Virus record (IMG/VR): IMGVR_UViG_3300010352_002455
Length of the DNA: 44,282 nt
Direction: 5' to 3' (one strand)
From: a virus
Shown here: positions 8,733 through 19,168 of the stretch, in pieces
How the letters are laid out: each line of letters opens with the position of its first letter
How positions within the stretch are numbered: position 1 is the first letter of the stretch
Position numbers and translations under genes: made by a program
Notes under the pieces: generated by a model
Databases searched by the model: none
Told to the model about the DNA's origin: nothing
Seen by the model: the letters and a program-made list of their open reading frames with translations, nothing else

Positions 8733-11700
8733 AATACTGATTTATTCCTTAAAAATGTTTCATCACTGTCAAATTCTGTAAGCAGCTTACGATCAACAGA
8801 AGCCCTCCTGTTTTTCGGATCACTCATATACTTGGTAAACTCTTCTACTTTGTTGTACATCTTTTTTATCGTTTCATTGTCACTGTTATTTTGATAATAA
8901 TTGTTCACCACAGGTGTTTGAGAGGTCACAAAACTACGTGATAAGGATGACGCCGCTTGGGACATGTTTTTCTGATTAGGAACAGAAACGGTATTAAAAA
9001 TTGACTTGCTGCCACGCTGATAGGCCTCCAACTCTGATATAATTCCGGCTGTTTTTTTATCTTTTAATAAAGAATGAGAAGCAACCCATTCTTCTCCTTG
9101 CTCACCTGCCTTATAAACAGTCTCTTTTTTAACATAACCACCGCGGGCGTATGGTGCCGGTTCTGATTGTATTGCTGCAATTTCTGCCACAGTAGAAGCC
9201 GCACACAACGCTGCTGCAATAACACCTTCAACACTAAAACCTAATTGGGCAAATGTAGAAACAATTGCCAATGCTCCCTGAATGGCGGCTTGGGAGGATG
9301 CTAAGGCTTTGCTTCTTTTCCACTGTTCCAGGGCAATTTGTTTTTCCTTTGCATCGGTTTCTTCTTCAATCTTTTGCTTTTGGGAGTTATAATAAGCTTC
9401 TGATATAAGTCCCTTGTCATACCTTTCCTGTAGGGTATCAAGTTTTCCTTCCTGTACTTCTTTATATTTGTTTAATTCAGATTCTGCGTTGTTGTTTTGA
9501 ATTTCAGTAACCGAATTCATTATTGAGCCGATCGACCGATAAGCCTCTTCTACAGCGGCAATAATTTTTTGAAGATTTGTTTTCCAGTCATTTAAAAAAT
9601 TATCCCAATCAATTGTAAATAGGCCTGCAATTCCACTTTTATCATCTTCTTTTTTTAAAACAACTTCTATTTCTTCTCCCAGTTTCTTTTTAAGCTCCTC
9701 AATCTGTTTTTTTAGTTTTTCAATCAATTCTGCGTTGGCAACCGGATCAATCTCTACCAGCTCATCCATGCTCGTCTGTGCAAGCTTTATTAAGAGATCA
9801 TATTTATTCTTTACTTCGTCAATTTGTCTTTCTGTCTCGGTTTTAAGGGCATCAGTAATTTCCCCCTGTGCGTCTTTGATGATGTTAATCTGATTTTCAG
9901 ATTTAAGCCTGATTGCCTCATTCATTCGCTCCCAGGTGGTGATCATGGTTTGCCTTACATCCTCTGCCTCTTGTGGATCTTGTGTTTCAGAATAGAGTAT
10001 CTCGAGCTCGTTGAGAATGTCTTTATAATCATTAATGATTTTATTCCACTCTGTATCAGAAACCTTTAGTTTTTCAAGTAAGGGATTATCACTTCCAAGT
10101 CGTTTTTCTGCACTGTCATAAATTTTTTGAATTACCTCATTATATTTAACAAGGTATTTTTGACCGGCGGCTATAATAGCTTCTCCCTTTTCTTTTTCAA
10201 GCTCTCCTGCTATTTTTTTACCACGCTCACCAAATTCCAGAGCCTCCTTAATCATCTGATCGTATTCATAGGTTATGGAGGCTTTCTCTTTTTCAAAATC
10301 AGTAAGTTGGTCTATCTGTTGTTTTGCCCTGAAATTTGCCTGTTTTTCATAGAAAGACTTCCAGGCATCTTCTCTCTTTTTCAGCTCTGCTTTTTCCTCG
10401 TCGGTAAGTTCATTATTGTTGTTAATTTCTTTGTCTCCCAGTTTCTTTTTATCTTCAATCAATTTTTCAAGAGCGGTTATTTCCTTTGCATATTGTATTT
10501 TACCGGCAGCCGTTTTAGCATCTACAAATTTTTTATTTAGTTCCGCCAGTTGTTTTTCAAGACTTTCCATTTCCGAAAGTTGCGTTTTTTCACTTTCTCC
10601 AAACAATATTTCAGCCTTATTGATTTCATCGTTCAACTGCTTATTATAGAATTGATATTCATATATGTTTTTGTCGAGTCCGTTTTTCAATGAAACATTA
10701 TATTTTTTTAAAAATGCGGTTAGTTTATCAGATGGAGTATAACTTACATAAACCTGTCCGGCGTTAGAAGTAAATATCTCGTCTTTAATAATATTTTCCT
10801 CGTCCATTAGTTCTCTTAATTCAGACATAGCTTCTCCTGCCTTATCTAAGTCTGTAATTTGTTGTTGTATGTTTTCAAAAACTCTTTCCCCGCTTTTTTT
10901 AACCTTTTTCCCTTGTTTTTCATATATTTCATCAACGGCATTATTTCTAAATTTTAAACGGATCTGTTCCTCTAACTTTTGATTAATAGCGCCGAGCACA
11001 ACATCGAGATTCTTTAGATTGTTTTTTTCATCGATAAGCTGATCCCTGTATACTCCATATTTTTCTGTTATCTTTTGAATTATCCTTTCCCGCTCCTCTG
11101 AGCCCTTTGTTGTTGCCGCAAGTTGTGACAGCAACTTTTTAGCCTCTGTCTTTTGCTGTGAAATTTCCACGGTCATTTCCCCCATGTTTTTTTGCAAAAC
11201 AGAGGTTTCTTTTCCCCATTTAGCAATTGCATAAACAATAGCGGTTATGGCGACAAGTATTGCAGTCCAGGGCAGTTTAAGCATTGTAATCCTGAGTGCC
11301 TCCTGTGCGGCTGCATGAAGTGTTATTTTTTTCGCTGCCAAATCGTGTGCAAGTGCATGATAGTATAGTCTTAGCGTAGAAAGGTTTGTGACAACATTGC
11401 TAAGTTTTTTTGATACAATCGAGGCCTGTTCAGCTACAATTTCCTTAGTTTTAAATGCAAGAAATTTGGCTCCTGCAATCAAATACTTTGAATAGGCAGC
11501 TACTAATATAAGAATCAACCCCTTATTTTCACTAATAAAAGTAGAGAGCATGCCAATTGCCTTGATCAAACCTGTAGAACCCTTTGTAATTTTAAGAAGT
11601 ACCGGATAAAATTTTTCTCCCAATTCAAGGCGTTGATCCTGAAACTTTTTCTTAGACTTTTCAAGCTCTGCATTTAGATTGTTGTTGTTGGTATTAAATT

Positions 11701-12853
11701 CTTTAAGAACAGAATTTCCATCTTCGAAAGCTTTGTTTGACAATTGTTGCCCCTGAATTATTGTATCATATTTTTCAGAAAGAATTGCAATAACCGAAGC
11801 GGCACGCGCACCCTCTGCACCAAGGTCCTTGAAAAGAGGTGCTAAGTCTTTTAGTCCACCCTTTTTATTTAATCCCTCAAAAACCCTTAACAGAGCGGCG
11901 TTCATATCTTTTCCTATCAAGTCGTTTAACTCTTTAACGGGAATACCGGCCGCATTTGCTACGCTTTCTGTTTTATTAACCATTTGAATAATAAACTTAT
12001 TCAAAGCGGTTGCGGACATTTCAACCTGTTGTGCATTTTGATCCAATACGGAACCGTATCCTATTATGTCAGCAACTGAAATACCGGCCTGATTTGCAAC
12101 GCCGGATAATCTGTTTGTGAAATCAAGAAGATATGATTCAGCAGCCGTAGAGCTTTGTCCGACCTGATTAATAGCAGATGCAACTTTGAGCATTCCGTCC
12201 TTGTATCCATATACCTTTGTAAGGTCAAACATTTCAGCCAGTTTTCCCATTTGCTTTACTGCATCTTCACCTAAGTCTTCTCCCAAAGAAATTTGTATGA
12301 TATCAGCGGCTGCAACAAAATCCTTTAAATTTTGAACCCCCTCAATGCCCAACTTTCCTGCTTCTCCGGCAAGGCGGTTGAGTTCCTCTCTAGATGTCCT
12401 TGTGTCCATTTTCTTAAACTCTTCATTGAGTTGAAGAACTTCATCTCTCGTGAGGTTTGCATACTTCTGAACACTTGCATAAACATCGTCCATGGCGGCC
12501 AAATCTGTTGCCAACTTCTTTAAATCCATGGCAGTCTGATTGAGCTGCTGAAATGTTTCTATCCAACCACCGATACCGGCACCAAGCATAACAATTCTTT
12601 TGCTAAAGGTGTCCCATAAATTGCCGGAAACCTTAAGCGCATTATTGTGCTCATTAATTATTGATTTAAGCTCTCTAATTTTTTTTGCGTGAGCAACATA
12701 CTGATCACTGCCAATTGTCATCCTGTTTTGTTCATTTACAAGATGTGTCATGGCGGCTTTAATATCTTTAATCTCACTCTTTACTTCTGTCCCGTTAATG
12801 TATAGCCCGATTGTTCTCTTAACTCCTTGTGCCATTTCTTTGTTTTTAAACAA
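8729..12853 (-). CDS. Tail tape measure protein
   Basis: 1374 aa. TP901-type core (..AAESYLLDFTNRLSGVANQAGISVADIIGYGSVLDQNAQQVEMSATALNKFI..), central hydrophobic helices and long Lys/Glu-rich coiled coils. Confidence 0.85.
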   Translation of the reverse strand: MFKNKEMAQGVKRTIGLYINGTEVKSEIKDIKAAMTHLVNEQNRMTIGSDQYVAHAKKIRELKSIINEHNNALKVSGNLWDTFSKRIVMLGAGIGGWIETFQQLNQTAMDLKKLATDLAAMDDVYASVQKYANLTRDEVLQLNEEFKKMDTRTSREELNRLAGEAGKLGIEGVQNLKDFVAAADIIQISLGEDLGEDAVKQMGKLAEMFDLTKVYGYKDGMLKVASAINQVGQSSTAAESYLLDFTNRLSGVANQAGISVADIIGYGSVLDQNAQQVEMSATALNKFIIQMVNKTESVANAAGIPVKELNDLIGKDMNAALLRVFEGLNKKGGLKDLAPLFKDLGAEGARAASVIAILSEKYDTIIQGQQLSNKAFEDGNSVLKEFNTNNNNLNAELEKSKKKFQDQRLELGEKFYPVLLKITKGSTGLIKAIGMLSTFISENKGLILILVAAYSKYLIAGAKFLAFKTKEIVAEQASIVSKKLSNVVTNLSTLRLYYHALAHDLAAKKITLHAAAQEALRITMLKLPWTAILVAITAIVYAIAKWGKETSVLQKNMGEMTVEISQQKTEAKKLLSQLAATTKGSEERERIIQKITEKYGVYRDQLIDEKNNLKNLDVVLGAINQKLEEQIRLKFRNNAVDEIYEKQGKKVKKSGERVFENIQQQITDLDKAGEAMSELRELMDEENIIKDEIFTSNAGQVYVSYTPSDKLTAFLKKYNVSLKNGLDKNIYEYQFYNKQLNDEINKAEILFGESEKTQLSEMESLEKQLAELNKKFVDAKTAAGKIQYAKEITALEKLIEDKKKLGDKEINNNNELTDEEKAELKKREDAWKSFYEKQANFRAKQQIDQLTDFEKEKASITYEYDQMIKEALEFGERGKKIAGELEKEKGEAIIAAGQKYLVKYNEVIQKIYDSAEKRLGSDNPLLEKLKVSDTEWNKIINDYKDILNELEILYSETQDPQEAEDVRQTMITTWERMNEAIRLKSENQINIIKDAQGEITDALKTETERQIDEVKNKYDLLIKLAQTSMDELVEIDPVANAELIEKLKKQIEELKKKLGEEIEVVLKKEDDKSGIAGLFTIDWDNFLNDWKTNLQKIIAAVEEAYRSIGSIMNSVTEIQNNNAESELNKYKEVQEGKLDTLQERYDKGLISEAYYNSQKQKIEEETDAKEKQIALEQWKRSKALASSQAAIQGALAIVSTFAQLGFSVEGVIAAALCAASTVAEIAAIQSEPAPYARGGYVKKETVYKAGEQGEEWVASHSLLKDKKTAGIISELEAYQRGSKSIFNTVSVPNQKNMSQAASSLSRSFVTSQTPVVNNYYQNNSDNETIKKMYNKVEEFTKYMSDPKNRRASVDRKLLTEFDSDETFLRNKSVL

Positions 12854-12885
12854 ATTTATTTACTCGGAAATTAAAAAGAGGGACA

Positions 12886-12910
12886 TAAAAAAACAGCCAC
12901 TAAGGCTGCT
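12886..12910 (-). terminator. Candidate intrinsic terminator or attenuator just upstream of the tape measure gene
   Basis: On the minus strand, cagcc-ttagt-ggctg is followed by ttttttt. The hairpin overlaps the stop codon of 12900..13394. Confidence 0.35.
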
Positions 12911-13394
12911 TTTTACTTTTAATCATAGCATTAAAACAGTGTATTATTGCTTCATCGCCGTAAAACTCTGCGGCAAGATCAGCAAACTTATTCATGTTTT
13001 TAGAAATTGGCGCATCAAGCCAGTCGCTCATACTTCTTTTTATATAAACCTTTCTCGATTTCTTCTTGCCGGGCATTCGTGGTTGACCACGTCCAACGCC
13101 ATACTCTCGAAAAATACCGTGTAATGGGAACTTAAATCCAACGTGGTCGGTAACTCCACCTTTTTCCCTGACAGCAAACGAAAGTTTATTTTTAAGTTTT
13201 CCTTCCGTTTTTCCTTTCCACAAACCACTCTTATAAGTGTGCGTTGGCTTTCTCTTCCCTTTGTCAAACTTCGTTATATTCTGTTTTGCCTGTTCTCTGA
13301 CAGACTTAGCCCAAACAGCAGCTTTTAGCCGAAGTTCATCGGAGGAGATAATCTTCCCCTGAATCGTCGTACTGAAACTGCTATTTTTTTCCAT
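12900..13394 (-). CDS. Hypothetical basic protein upstream of the tape measure
   Basis: 164-aa Lys/Arg-rich ORF. Position only. Confidence 0.5.
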   Translation of the reverse strand: MEKNSSFSTTIQGKIISSDELRLKAAVWAKSVREQAKQNITKFDKGKRKPTHTYKSGLWKGKTEGKLKNKLSFAVREKGGVTDHVGFKFPLHGIFREYGVGRGQPRMPGKKKSRKVYIKRSMSDWLDAPISKNMNKFADLAAEFYGDEAIIHCFNAMIKSKKQP

Positions 13395-14166
13395 TTTTAT
13401 GAGAATCTTTAATTAGTTCATTTAATCGATTTAGGATTACATGAACATTCGTCTTTAATTGCTTTTCTTCTTCAAAATAAGAATCTCCCAATATGTCTCT
13501 GTGTATCTTAACCCAGCTGAATTGTTTGTTGTCATCGGGTTCTTTTTCAGGTTTATGATCACTTTCAATTGGAGGAGGAAAAATAAAATAATACCTATTT
13601 TCAATACTTTTCTTCCGCATAGCCCTGTAGTTAACGGCAATAGCCATAATAACGGCCGGATCCAGTGTTTTAAATTTTTCAATACGGGTATTAATTCCGT
13701 AAGATGAAAACGGAATCCTTATATCAGTTTCTCCATCATAATTAAGCCGCTCAGGCCTGTATAACACAGCGGCGATGCCTTCAAAATTCTTTGAAATAAA
13801 AAACTGATCAGCAAATATATACTCTTCCCAAGTTGTGTTCCCAAAACTGCTTTGATATCCGTAATATTTAATTCCGTCAACTTCAATATAATCAATCAGT
13901 TGATTTGAAAATTCAAAATCTCCGCTTAAAACAAATTCAAACAGTTCTTTAATCCTAAATTTCTGATATGTTGATATTTTTGAAATATCCTCTGATGGGA
14001 TTCCGGCAAGGGTTTCATAAAAAGAGTCCGGCAATTTTAATTCGGCATTGTGATATATTATGTATCTACAAGCTTCAATAAACTGAGGCTGCGACATTTC
14101 TTCAAAGGACCCGGGACTTTGAAATGAAACGTTTTTTTTCTTATATTTAATATCAATATTATTCAT
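13381..14166 (-). CDS. Hypothetical protein (possible tail assembly factor by position)
   Basis: The track ORF runs to 14250. An internal ATG at 14166 (MNNIDIKYKKK..) overlaps the upstream stop as GATGAATAA, giving a compact junction. Confidence 0.45.
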   Translation of the reverse strand: MNNIDIKYKKKNVSFQSPGSFEEMSQPQFIEACRYIIYHNAELKLPDSFYETLAGIPSEDISKISTYQKFRIKELFEFVLSGDFEFSNQLIDYIEVDGIKYYGYQSSFGNTTWEEYIFADQFFISKNFEGIAAVLYRPERLNYDGETDIRIPFSSYGINTRIEKFKTLDPAVIMAIAVNYRAMRKKSIENRYYFIFPPPIESDHKPEKEPDDNKQFSWVKIHRDILGDSYFEEEKQLKTNVHVILNRLNELIKDSHKNGKK

Positions 14167-14650
14167 CCCAGTTTTCGGGATTATAGTCGTCGTCAAAAAC
14201 ACTCTTAACAGAAACCGTGTAGCGAATACCGACATATTTATTCGCTTCATTCAGTACCGGAATTCCTTCACCGTACTCAAACTCATAGCCGCACATGTTT
14301 CGCTGATCAAACTTGAGTCTTCTCAGAATTTCATCGCCAATAACTTCGCAATTATTTTGCTTAGTGTCAATATCATTATAATCGTTTTCCTCCTTGTAAC
14401 TTTCTGCAACAATAAACGGGGTTTCCCTGATTTTTTTACAAACACCATCTTCGGTAACAAACTCAAGGGTGAAATTCTCTGCAATAAGGCAAGGAAAATT
14501 AATATCATTTCGGAATGACATATAAAACTCCTCAAGCTCACCACGAAAATAGTGTTTCTCTGAATCCGTGTGTTTCAGAAGCTTATGTTTCTGTGCCAAC
14601 CCCTTAATGTAAGAGTAGTATTGTGCCGGTGTTGCATTAATGTTTTCCAT
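14159..14650 (-). CDS. Hypothetical protein
   Basis: 163-aa ORF, co-oriented. Confidence 0.5.
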   Translation of the reverse strand: MENINATPAQYYSYIKGLAQKHKLLKHTDSEKHYFRGELEEFYMSFRNDINFPCLIAENFTLEFVTEDGVCKKIRETPFIVAESYKEENDYNDIDTKQNNCEVIGDEILRRLKFDQRNMCGYEFEYGEGIPVLNEANKYVGIRYTVSVKSVFDDDYNPENWDE

Positions 14651-14654
14651 AATA

Positions 14655-15173
14655 TTATGCGTGATATTTAAAGTCGTTTAGCCTATTCATCCAGCCTTTC
14701 AAAAACCTATATTGAGACTTATCTCGTTCGCAAATTTGTTTAAAGAACACTTCTCTGGCCTTCCAAATTTTGTCGAATAATTCTTTTTGATTAGCATTGT
14801 TGACAGCGGATATTGTAATGTTACCGACATTTCCATCATCATCAACCCCCAATATCCTCTGAGGTATTTTAATTCCCCATTTTCCAGAGCCCCAAACCCA
14901 ATCAACTAAAATATTGGCAACGGACTGATTATTGATATTGTCAGCCTTCCACCTGTTCCAATAACCTCTTAGTACATTTAGCGCATCTTGTTTAGTGAGC
15001 AATTTTACGTCGTCCGCGTCAATATCACCGTCACCATCTTTGTCGTAGCCACATGCTTTCCAGGTTGCAATAGTAACGCCCATTTTTGTAGCACCGCCTT
15101 TGTCTGTTTTGTCATTTACAAAACCACCTTCCCATTTGAAGATAATCGGAGCTAATTTTTCTATATTTGCCAT
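14655..15173 (-). CDS. Endolysin, glycoside hydrolase family 108-like muramidase
   Basis: N-terminal ..[23 protein letters not shown].. matches the GH108 catalytic signature. An Asp-rich loop [12 protein letters not shown] is present. The gene lies next to the holin. Confidence 0.75.
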   Translation of the reverse strand: MANIEKLAPIIFKWEGGFVNDKTDKGGATKMGVTIATWKACGYDKDGDGDIDADDVKLLTKQDALNVLRGYWNRWKADNINNQSVANILVDWVWGSGKWGIKIPQRILGVDDDGNVGNITISAVNNANQKELFDKIWKAREVFFKQICERDKSQYRFLKGWMNRLNDFKYHA

Positions 15174-15180
15174 AATATTA

Positions 15181-15711
15181 TTATTTAGAATCGTTTACTA
15201 TATCGTCAATAAAATCATCATCATTCATTATTGCCTTTCCTGTTTTATTGCGCTTCGTTGACTGTGAATGTGTATCAATACTGCCAATATTATCCAGCAA
15301 CCCCTCTTGTTTTATTATCTTAATAACCTCTTGTGCGGTTTTTGCAGCATCTTTAATTTCGTTCTTAGTCTTATTTTCCGCTTTTTCATATACAGATTTG
15401 ACCTCAATAATCAATATTCCAACTGCAAAAATTATTGTAATAAATGGAATGTTAGGCAAATTAGAACCTACCTGATTATGCAATAAATAGCAAACTGTAA
15501 TTTGCAAAATATCGAACAGTAGTCCAAAAATCAGAAAATTGAAATACTTTGTTGCCTTTTCAATTGTTCTTCTGTAGCCTGTTGAGCTTCGATACTCACC
15601 CCTTTGCTTAGCTTTTTTTATTCCCGCTCGCAAGTCAATGATAATTGCAACAATATCTACTACATAGCAGAGTAATATAATAATAAGTTGATTGATAATA
15701 AATTTAGTCAT
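15181..15711 (-). CDS. Holin-family membrane protein
   Basis: 176 aa with three hydrophobic helices and a charged C-terminal tail. Directly upstream of the endolysin. Confidence 0.6.
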   Translation of the reverse strand: MTKFIINQLIIILLCYVVDIVAIIIDLRAGIKKAKQRGEYRSSTGYRRTIEKATKYFNFLIFGLLFDILQITVCYLLHNQVGSNLPNIPFITIIFAVGILIIEVKSVYEKAENKTKNEIKDAAKTAQEVIKIIKQEGLLDNIGSIDTHSQSTKRNKTGKAIMNDDDFIDDIVNDSK

Positions 15712-15720
15712 TTGTTTTGC

Positions 15721-15864
15721 TTACTTTAAAATGAATAATAAAAGGATTGTCATTGCGGAAATGAAAGCTACTGCTATTACACCGCCATTTTTGTCGATAA
15801 AATGATTGAAATTATCAATAAAATTATCTAATCTGTCTATTTGAATTATTAGTTTTTCTTTCAT
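15721..15864 (-). CDS. Small C-terminally membrane-anchored protein (47 aa), possible lysis accessory
   Basis: Hand translation gives MKEKLIIQIDRLDNFIDNFNHFIDKNGGVIAVAFISAMTILLLFILK*. It sits immediately upstream of the holin and is below the ORF-track cutoff. Confidence 0.45.
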   Translation of the reverse strand: MKEKLIIQIDRLDNFIDNFNHFIDKNGGVIAVAFISAMTILLLFILK

Positions 15865-15890
15865 TGTTGTATTATTAATATCCTTGAATT

Positions 15891-16544
15891 TTATACTGTT
15901 TCATTATAGTATTGTAAAACTTCATCTGAATTCCATTCTTTACTATCTACAATAACTTCATCTATATCTCCATTAAAATTATATGTTCCTGCTCTATTTC
16001 CGATTTCAACAGGAATGTCATTTACTGTTGTGTTTGTCAATGGTCCCCCACTTTTTGTAGTTGTAACCTCATTCCCATTTACATACATCTTTATACCAGC
16101 AGCAGTTGAGCTACCGGAATATGTTATTACAATGTGCGTCCACGTATTTATACTTGTAAATAAATAATATACTGACAAGTATCCAGTCACACCAACAGGA
16201 ACCAATTGAAAATAAATTCTATTCTGGTTATTTTGCCAAAATGAAACTCCATTTGAACTTCCATCTGCTTGTTTTGAAACAAAAAATCTAGTTCTATTAA
16301 TATCATTTAATTTAAACCACAATGAGACTGTAAAAGGAATATCTCTATCAAAATCAAATTGATTTTCATTGTCAATAACAATTTTATCCGTTGTTGCATT
16401 AAAAATAGCACATTGACCTATATGTCCACTTTCATAAGTTATTCCTGTTCCAATGCCATTATTACCATAATTTGATGAATCAAATGTATTTCCATCAAGA
16501 TGTAACCATAATTTTCTTTCCGATAAAATATGTTCTTTAATCAT
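15891..16544 (-). CDS. LamG / concanavalin-A-like lectin domain protein
   Basis: ..FTVSLWFKLN.., ..WTHIVITYSGSSTAAGIKMYVNGNEV.. and ..GDIDEVIVDS.. are canonical LamG (Laminin_G_3-like) motifs. MIKEH N-terminus. Confidence 0.65.
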   Translation of the reverse strand: MIKEHILSERKLWLHLDGNTFDSSNYGNNGIGTGITYESGHIGQCAIFNATTDKIVIDNENQFDFDRDIPFTVSLWFKLNDINRTRFFVSKQADGSSNGVSFWQNNQNRIYFQLVPVGVTGYLSVYYLFTSINTWTHIVITYSGSSTAAGIKMYVNGNEVTTTKSGGPLTNTTVNDIPVEIGNRAGTYNFNGDIDEVIVDSKEWNSDEVLQYYNETV

Positions 16545-16546
16545 CT

Positions 16547-17542
16547 CTATAAAAATACTGATTTTTTACCGGTGTTGTCTCTTCTTATAACTGAATCTGT
16601 AGGTGCGTTTTCTCCTGCAAATTCTATAAATTTCGGGTAGATGGCTTTGTTTTTTTTGATATAGTCAATTGCAGAAGAAAGATAAGCTCCTCCTTTGTAT
16701 TTATAATACTCCTTCGTTGATTTTAAATCAGGGCGTTCAAACGTAATGTTTGAATCAGCTGTTGATGTTTCAAATATCAATCCTCGTTCGGTCGGCAACT
16801 TTCCAAACTCTTCACACCCCGCCACTATGGCGTTATAAACTACAAACCGACAAATTGCCGGAAGAATTTTAGAATATTTTTCCTCTTCCCGATCTGCAGC
16901 AATTAATTCAGCGACAAATTCAGATCCAAGCTGATGACAGAGATCAACCTTTTCAATGTCGTCAATGAAATATTTCATTTTTAAAAATACCAACCGCGAA
17001 CTGTTGATGCTGTAATGAGAGTTAAACTCCTCTGTGCTCCTTATAAGAGATTTAATATTCTTTGTGTAATAGGCAGATTCTTTGAAGTCTTCAAACAAAT
17101 CACAGTTATTTTCAAGAAACAACAATATGTCATCAAGAAAATCAAACCCATCGTTTTTTAATGAGTTTTTCAAAGATTGCTCCTGATATTTAAATAATCT
17201 CTTATCTGCATCTCCGGCAGCCATGGCACCACTGTCAGTAAGCGTAACACTTATAAAATCAAATCCGGTAAACAAAGCAAGGCGAATGAGTGAAAATTGT
17301 ACTTTTTCAAGTAGCTGTTTATATTTATCTCTTAAAGCCACCACAACAGTTAAGGGGTCTTTATAATAATTTGCCAGCTTTTCACTTAGTTTTACACCCA
17401 ACAAAGGAATAATATATTTGTTTTCAGACTGATAAATAAATGGTTTTATCGTGTTGAAATTGAATTGCACATTAACGGGCAAATACTGCTTCATTTCAGC
17501 AGCATTCACGTTTTCAGTAGCTTTAAAAAATTTTGGTTCCAT
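16547..17542 (-). CDS. Hypothetical head- or connector-region protein
   Basis: The track ORF extends to 17581. The ATG at 17542 (MEPKFFKATENV..) lies 1 nt after the upstream stop (TAATATG). Confidence 0.45.
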   Translation of the reverse strand: MEPKFFKATENVNAAEMKQYLPVNVQFNFNTIKPFIYQSENKYIIPLLGVKLSEKLANYYKDPLTVVVALRDKYKQLLEKVQFSLIRLALFTGFDFISVTLTDSGAMAAGDADKRLFKYQEQSLKNSLKNDGFDFLDDILLFLENNCDLFEDFKESAYYTKNIKSLIRSTEEFNSHYSINSSRLVFLKMKYFIDDIEKVDLCHQLGSEFVAELIAADREEEKYSKILPAICRFVVYNAIVAGCEEFGKLPTERGLIFETSTADSNITFERPDLKSTKEYYKYKGGAYLSSAIDYIKKNKAIYPKFIEFAGENAPTDSVIRRDNTGKKSVFL

Positions 17543-17543
17543 A

Positions 17544-18899
17544 TTATGATAGTTTTTCTTCTGTCGATTTGCCCTTGTCAAGCGTAAGCAGTGTAATCTG
17601 CTTATACTTTATCTCAATATCTTCAATACCATTGAACTGAAACATTAATTCAACAGGATCAAGTACTTGTTGCTTTTCAATGTATGATAAAATCATGGAG
17701 AGAAGAAGTCCCTCTCTAATATCAGAGCCACTGCCGGCATTCCCTGCATACGGTCCCCCGGGTGTACCGGCGCCGATCACACTCGGGTTAACCATCATTG
17801 AAAACAGTATCTCGGAATTTGCAGCAGCAGAAGTCGACAACTTTTCATCAATATTGAGTTTATTGTCAAGTTTATCAATGATCCATTTTTCTTCAACTCT
17901 ATTTTCGTTTGTAGAGTAGTGAGTAAAAATTGTTTTGTTGGCGTTTTCTTCTGATGCCAAATTTTTATCAATCTCGTCCATTTCTGCCTTAATAGCATCC
18001 TGTCGCGCATCTTCTGATTTATAATCAGTTTTTTTATACCGCGCTTCCCAATACGAATAGGGAATTTGCACATGCCACATAAGGCTCATGGCGTTGGTGT
18101 ATATTTTTTTGAGCATTGCCGGAATTTTATGAGCAACGTCAATCCAGCCTGCTTGATAAGCTGTGTCCCAGTCCGGTGTTGCATAATAGTCATTGTTGCT
18201 CATATAGCGGGCAATACGAGGAAAAGCAATTGATTGTCCTGATAATTTTTTGTGATCCTTCCTCCATTGAAGATCATAAGCAGGATCATGTTCATCCAAT
18301 ACATCATAAACAATAGAGTTATCTAACCCCGGACTACTGTTTGCAAAGTCTCCAAACACTAACAACTTTTTTTTGTCTGTTGATAATCTACAGTGTCTTG
18401 CATTTATAATTTGAGGAGAAAGAATCTTTGTACCCTCCATATTAAACTTAAAAATCGGGAAGCAATTTCCAAATTTATTCAGGTCTCTAAAAGAGTCCTG
18501 GTGAAAATTTCTAAAAACATATCCCCGTAAAAACTTGTTTGTTTCCTTGTCTCCAACGGCTTTAAAAATCTCATTGTTTTGTTCATCAAACCCCTCAACT
18601 GTGACGGGAAAAACGCCCTGACCATAACAGCAGCGGCACTTGTAGTCTATCCCGGTTGACAGAACTCCCGTCTTTCTGATAATAGCTTCCGCATCATCCG
18701 GGTATCTGTTATTACTCCCCCAAGAAGCATATTTAATTTCATTAAAAGAAAACACATCGTCAACATCTTCCAAAATCTTTTTCTCGTCGTTGTTAGATTT
18801 TTTCCCTGAATTTTTAGGAGTTCCCATTGTTGTCGAATAGAAATGGTTCCCAACCGCCATAAGAGGAATCCCGTCCTTGTTAAATGTTATATCCATCAA
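17544..18899 (-). CDS. Putative portal protein
   Basis: 451 aa. It is the next large minus-strand morphogenesis gene after the large terminase. Size and position only, no motif confirmed. Confidence 0.4.
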   Translation of the reverse strand: MMDITFNKDGIPLMAVGNHFYSTTMGTPKNSGKKSNNDEKKILEDVDDVFSFNEIKYASWGSNNRYPDDAEAIIRKTGVLSTGIDYKCRCCYGQGVFPVTVEGFDEQNNEIFKAVGDKETNKFLRGYVFRNFHQDSFRDLNKFGNCFPIFKFNMEGTKILSPQIINARHCRLSTDKKKLLVFGDFANSSPGLDNSIVYDVLDEHDPAYDLQWRKDHKKLSGQSIAFPRIARYMSNNDYYATPDWDTAYQAGWIDVAHKIPAMLKKIYTNAMSLMWHVQIPYSYWEARYKKTDYKSEDARQDAIKAEMDEIDKNLASEENANKTIFTHYSTNENRVEEKWIIDKLDNKLNIDEKLSTSAAANSEILFSMMVNPSVIGAGTPGGPYAGNAGSGSDIREGLLLSMILSYIEKQQVLDPVELMFQFNGIEDIEIKYKQITLLTLDKGKSTEEKLS

Positions 18900-19168
18900 A
18901 TTGTTATTCTTAAATTGTTGAACATTCTGATATTGTCAATACACACTGTGTATATATGTCCTATTTGATTGCCCTGACTGTCCACCTGCTGTATTCCTCT
19001 TATTCTATTTCTTTTCATGTCAGCTCTAAGTCCTGCCATTTTTGCCTTATTGAGAAAAACAACTTCGCCGTTTTCTTTATAGAACTCAACAGAGAAATAA
19101 AAAGGCTTCCCCTCTCTGGTTTCACTATCCATTTCCCTTAAGGCTTCTTTTCTTTTTATTGTCTTCAT
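18896..19168 (-). CDS. Hypothetical protein
   Basis: 90-aa ORF overlapping the portal-like gene start by 4 nt. Confidence 0.5.
   Translation of the reverse strand: MKTIKRKEALREMDSETREGKPFYFSVEFYKENGEVVFLNKAKMAGLRADMKRNRIRGIQQVDSQGNQIGHIYTVCIDNIRMFNNLRITI

Noticed and set aside
9824-10649. Plus-strand ORFs (81, 137 and 77 aa) inside the tape measure gene, and similar antisense or nested ORFs throughout (for example 751..975, 1672..2119, 2585..2866, 5966..6418, 12332..13124, 13040..13707, 15248..15486, 17680..18316, 22060..22694, 24331..24543, 27990..28337, 30812..32306, 35120..35809, 38112..38749, 39859..40359, 43241..43495)
   Set aside because: All lie inside longer ORFs that are co-oriented with their neighbours and motif-supported. 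They have low-complexity Phe/Leu/Ile/Ser-rich translations typical of the antisense frames of AT-rich genes.
14700-15100. The EF-hand-like [12 protein letters not shown] loop in the endolysin as a novel insertion
   Set aside because: As far as I recall, similar Asp-rich D-x-D-G-D-G loops are common in GH108-like proteins of this phylum. It is not distinctive enough to report as a finding.
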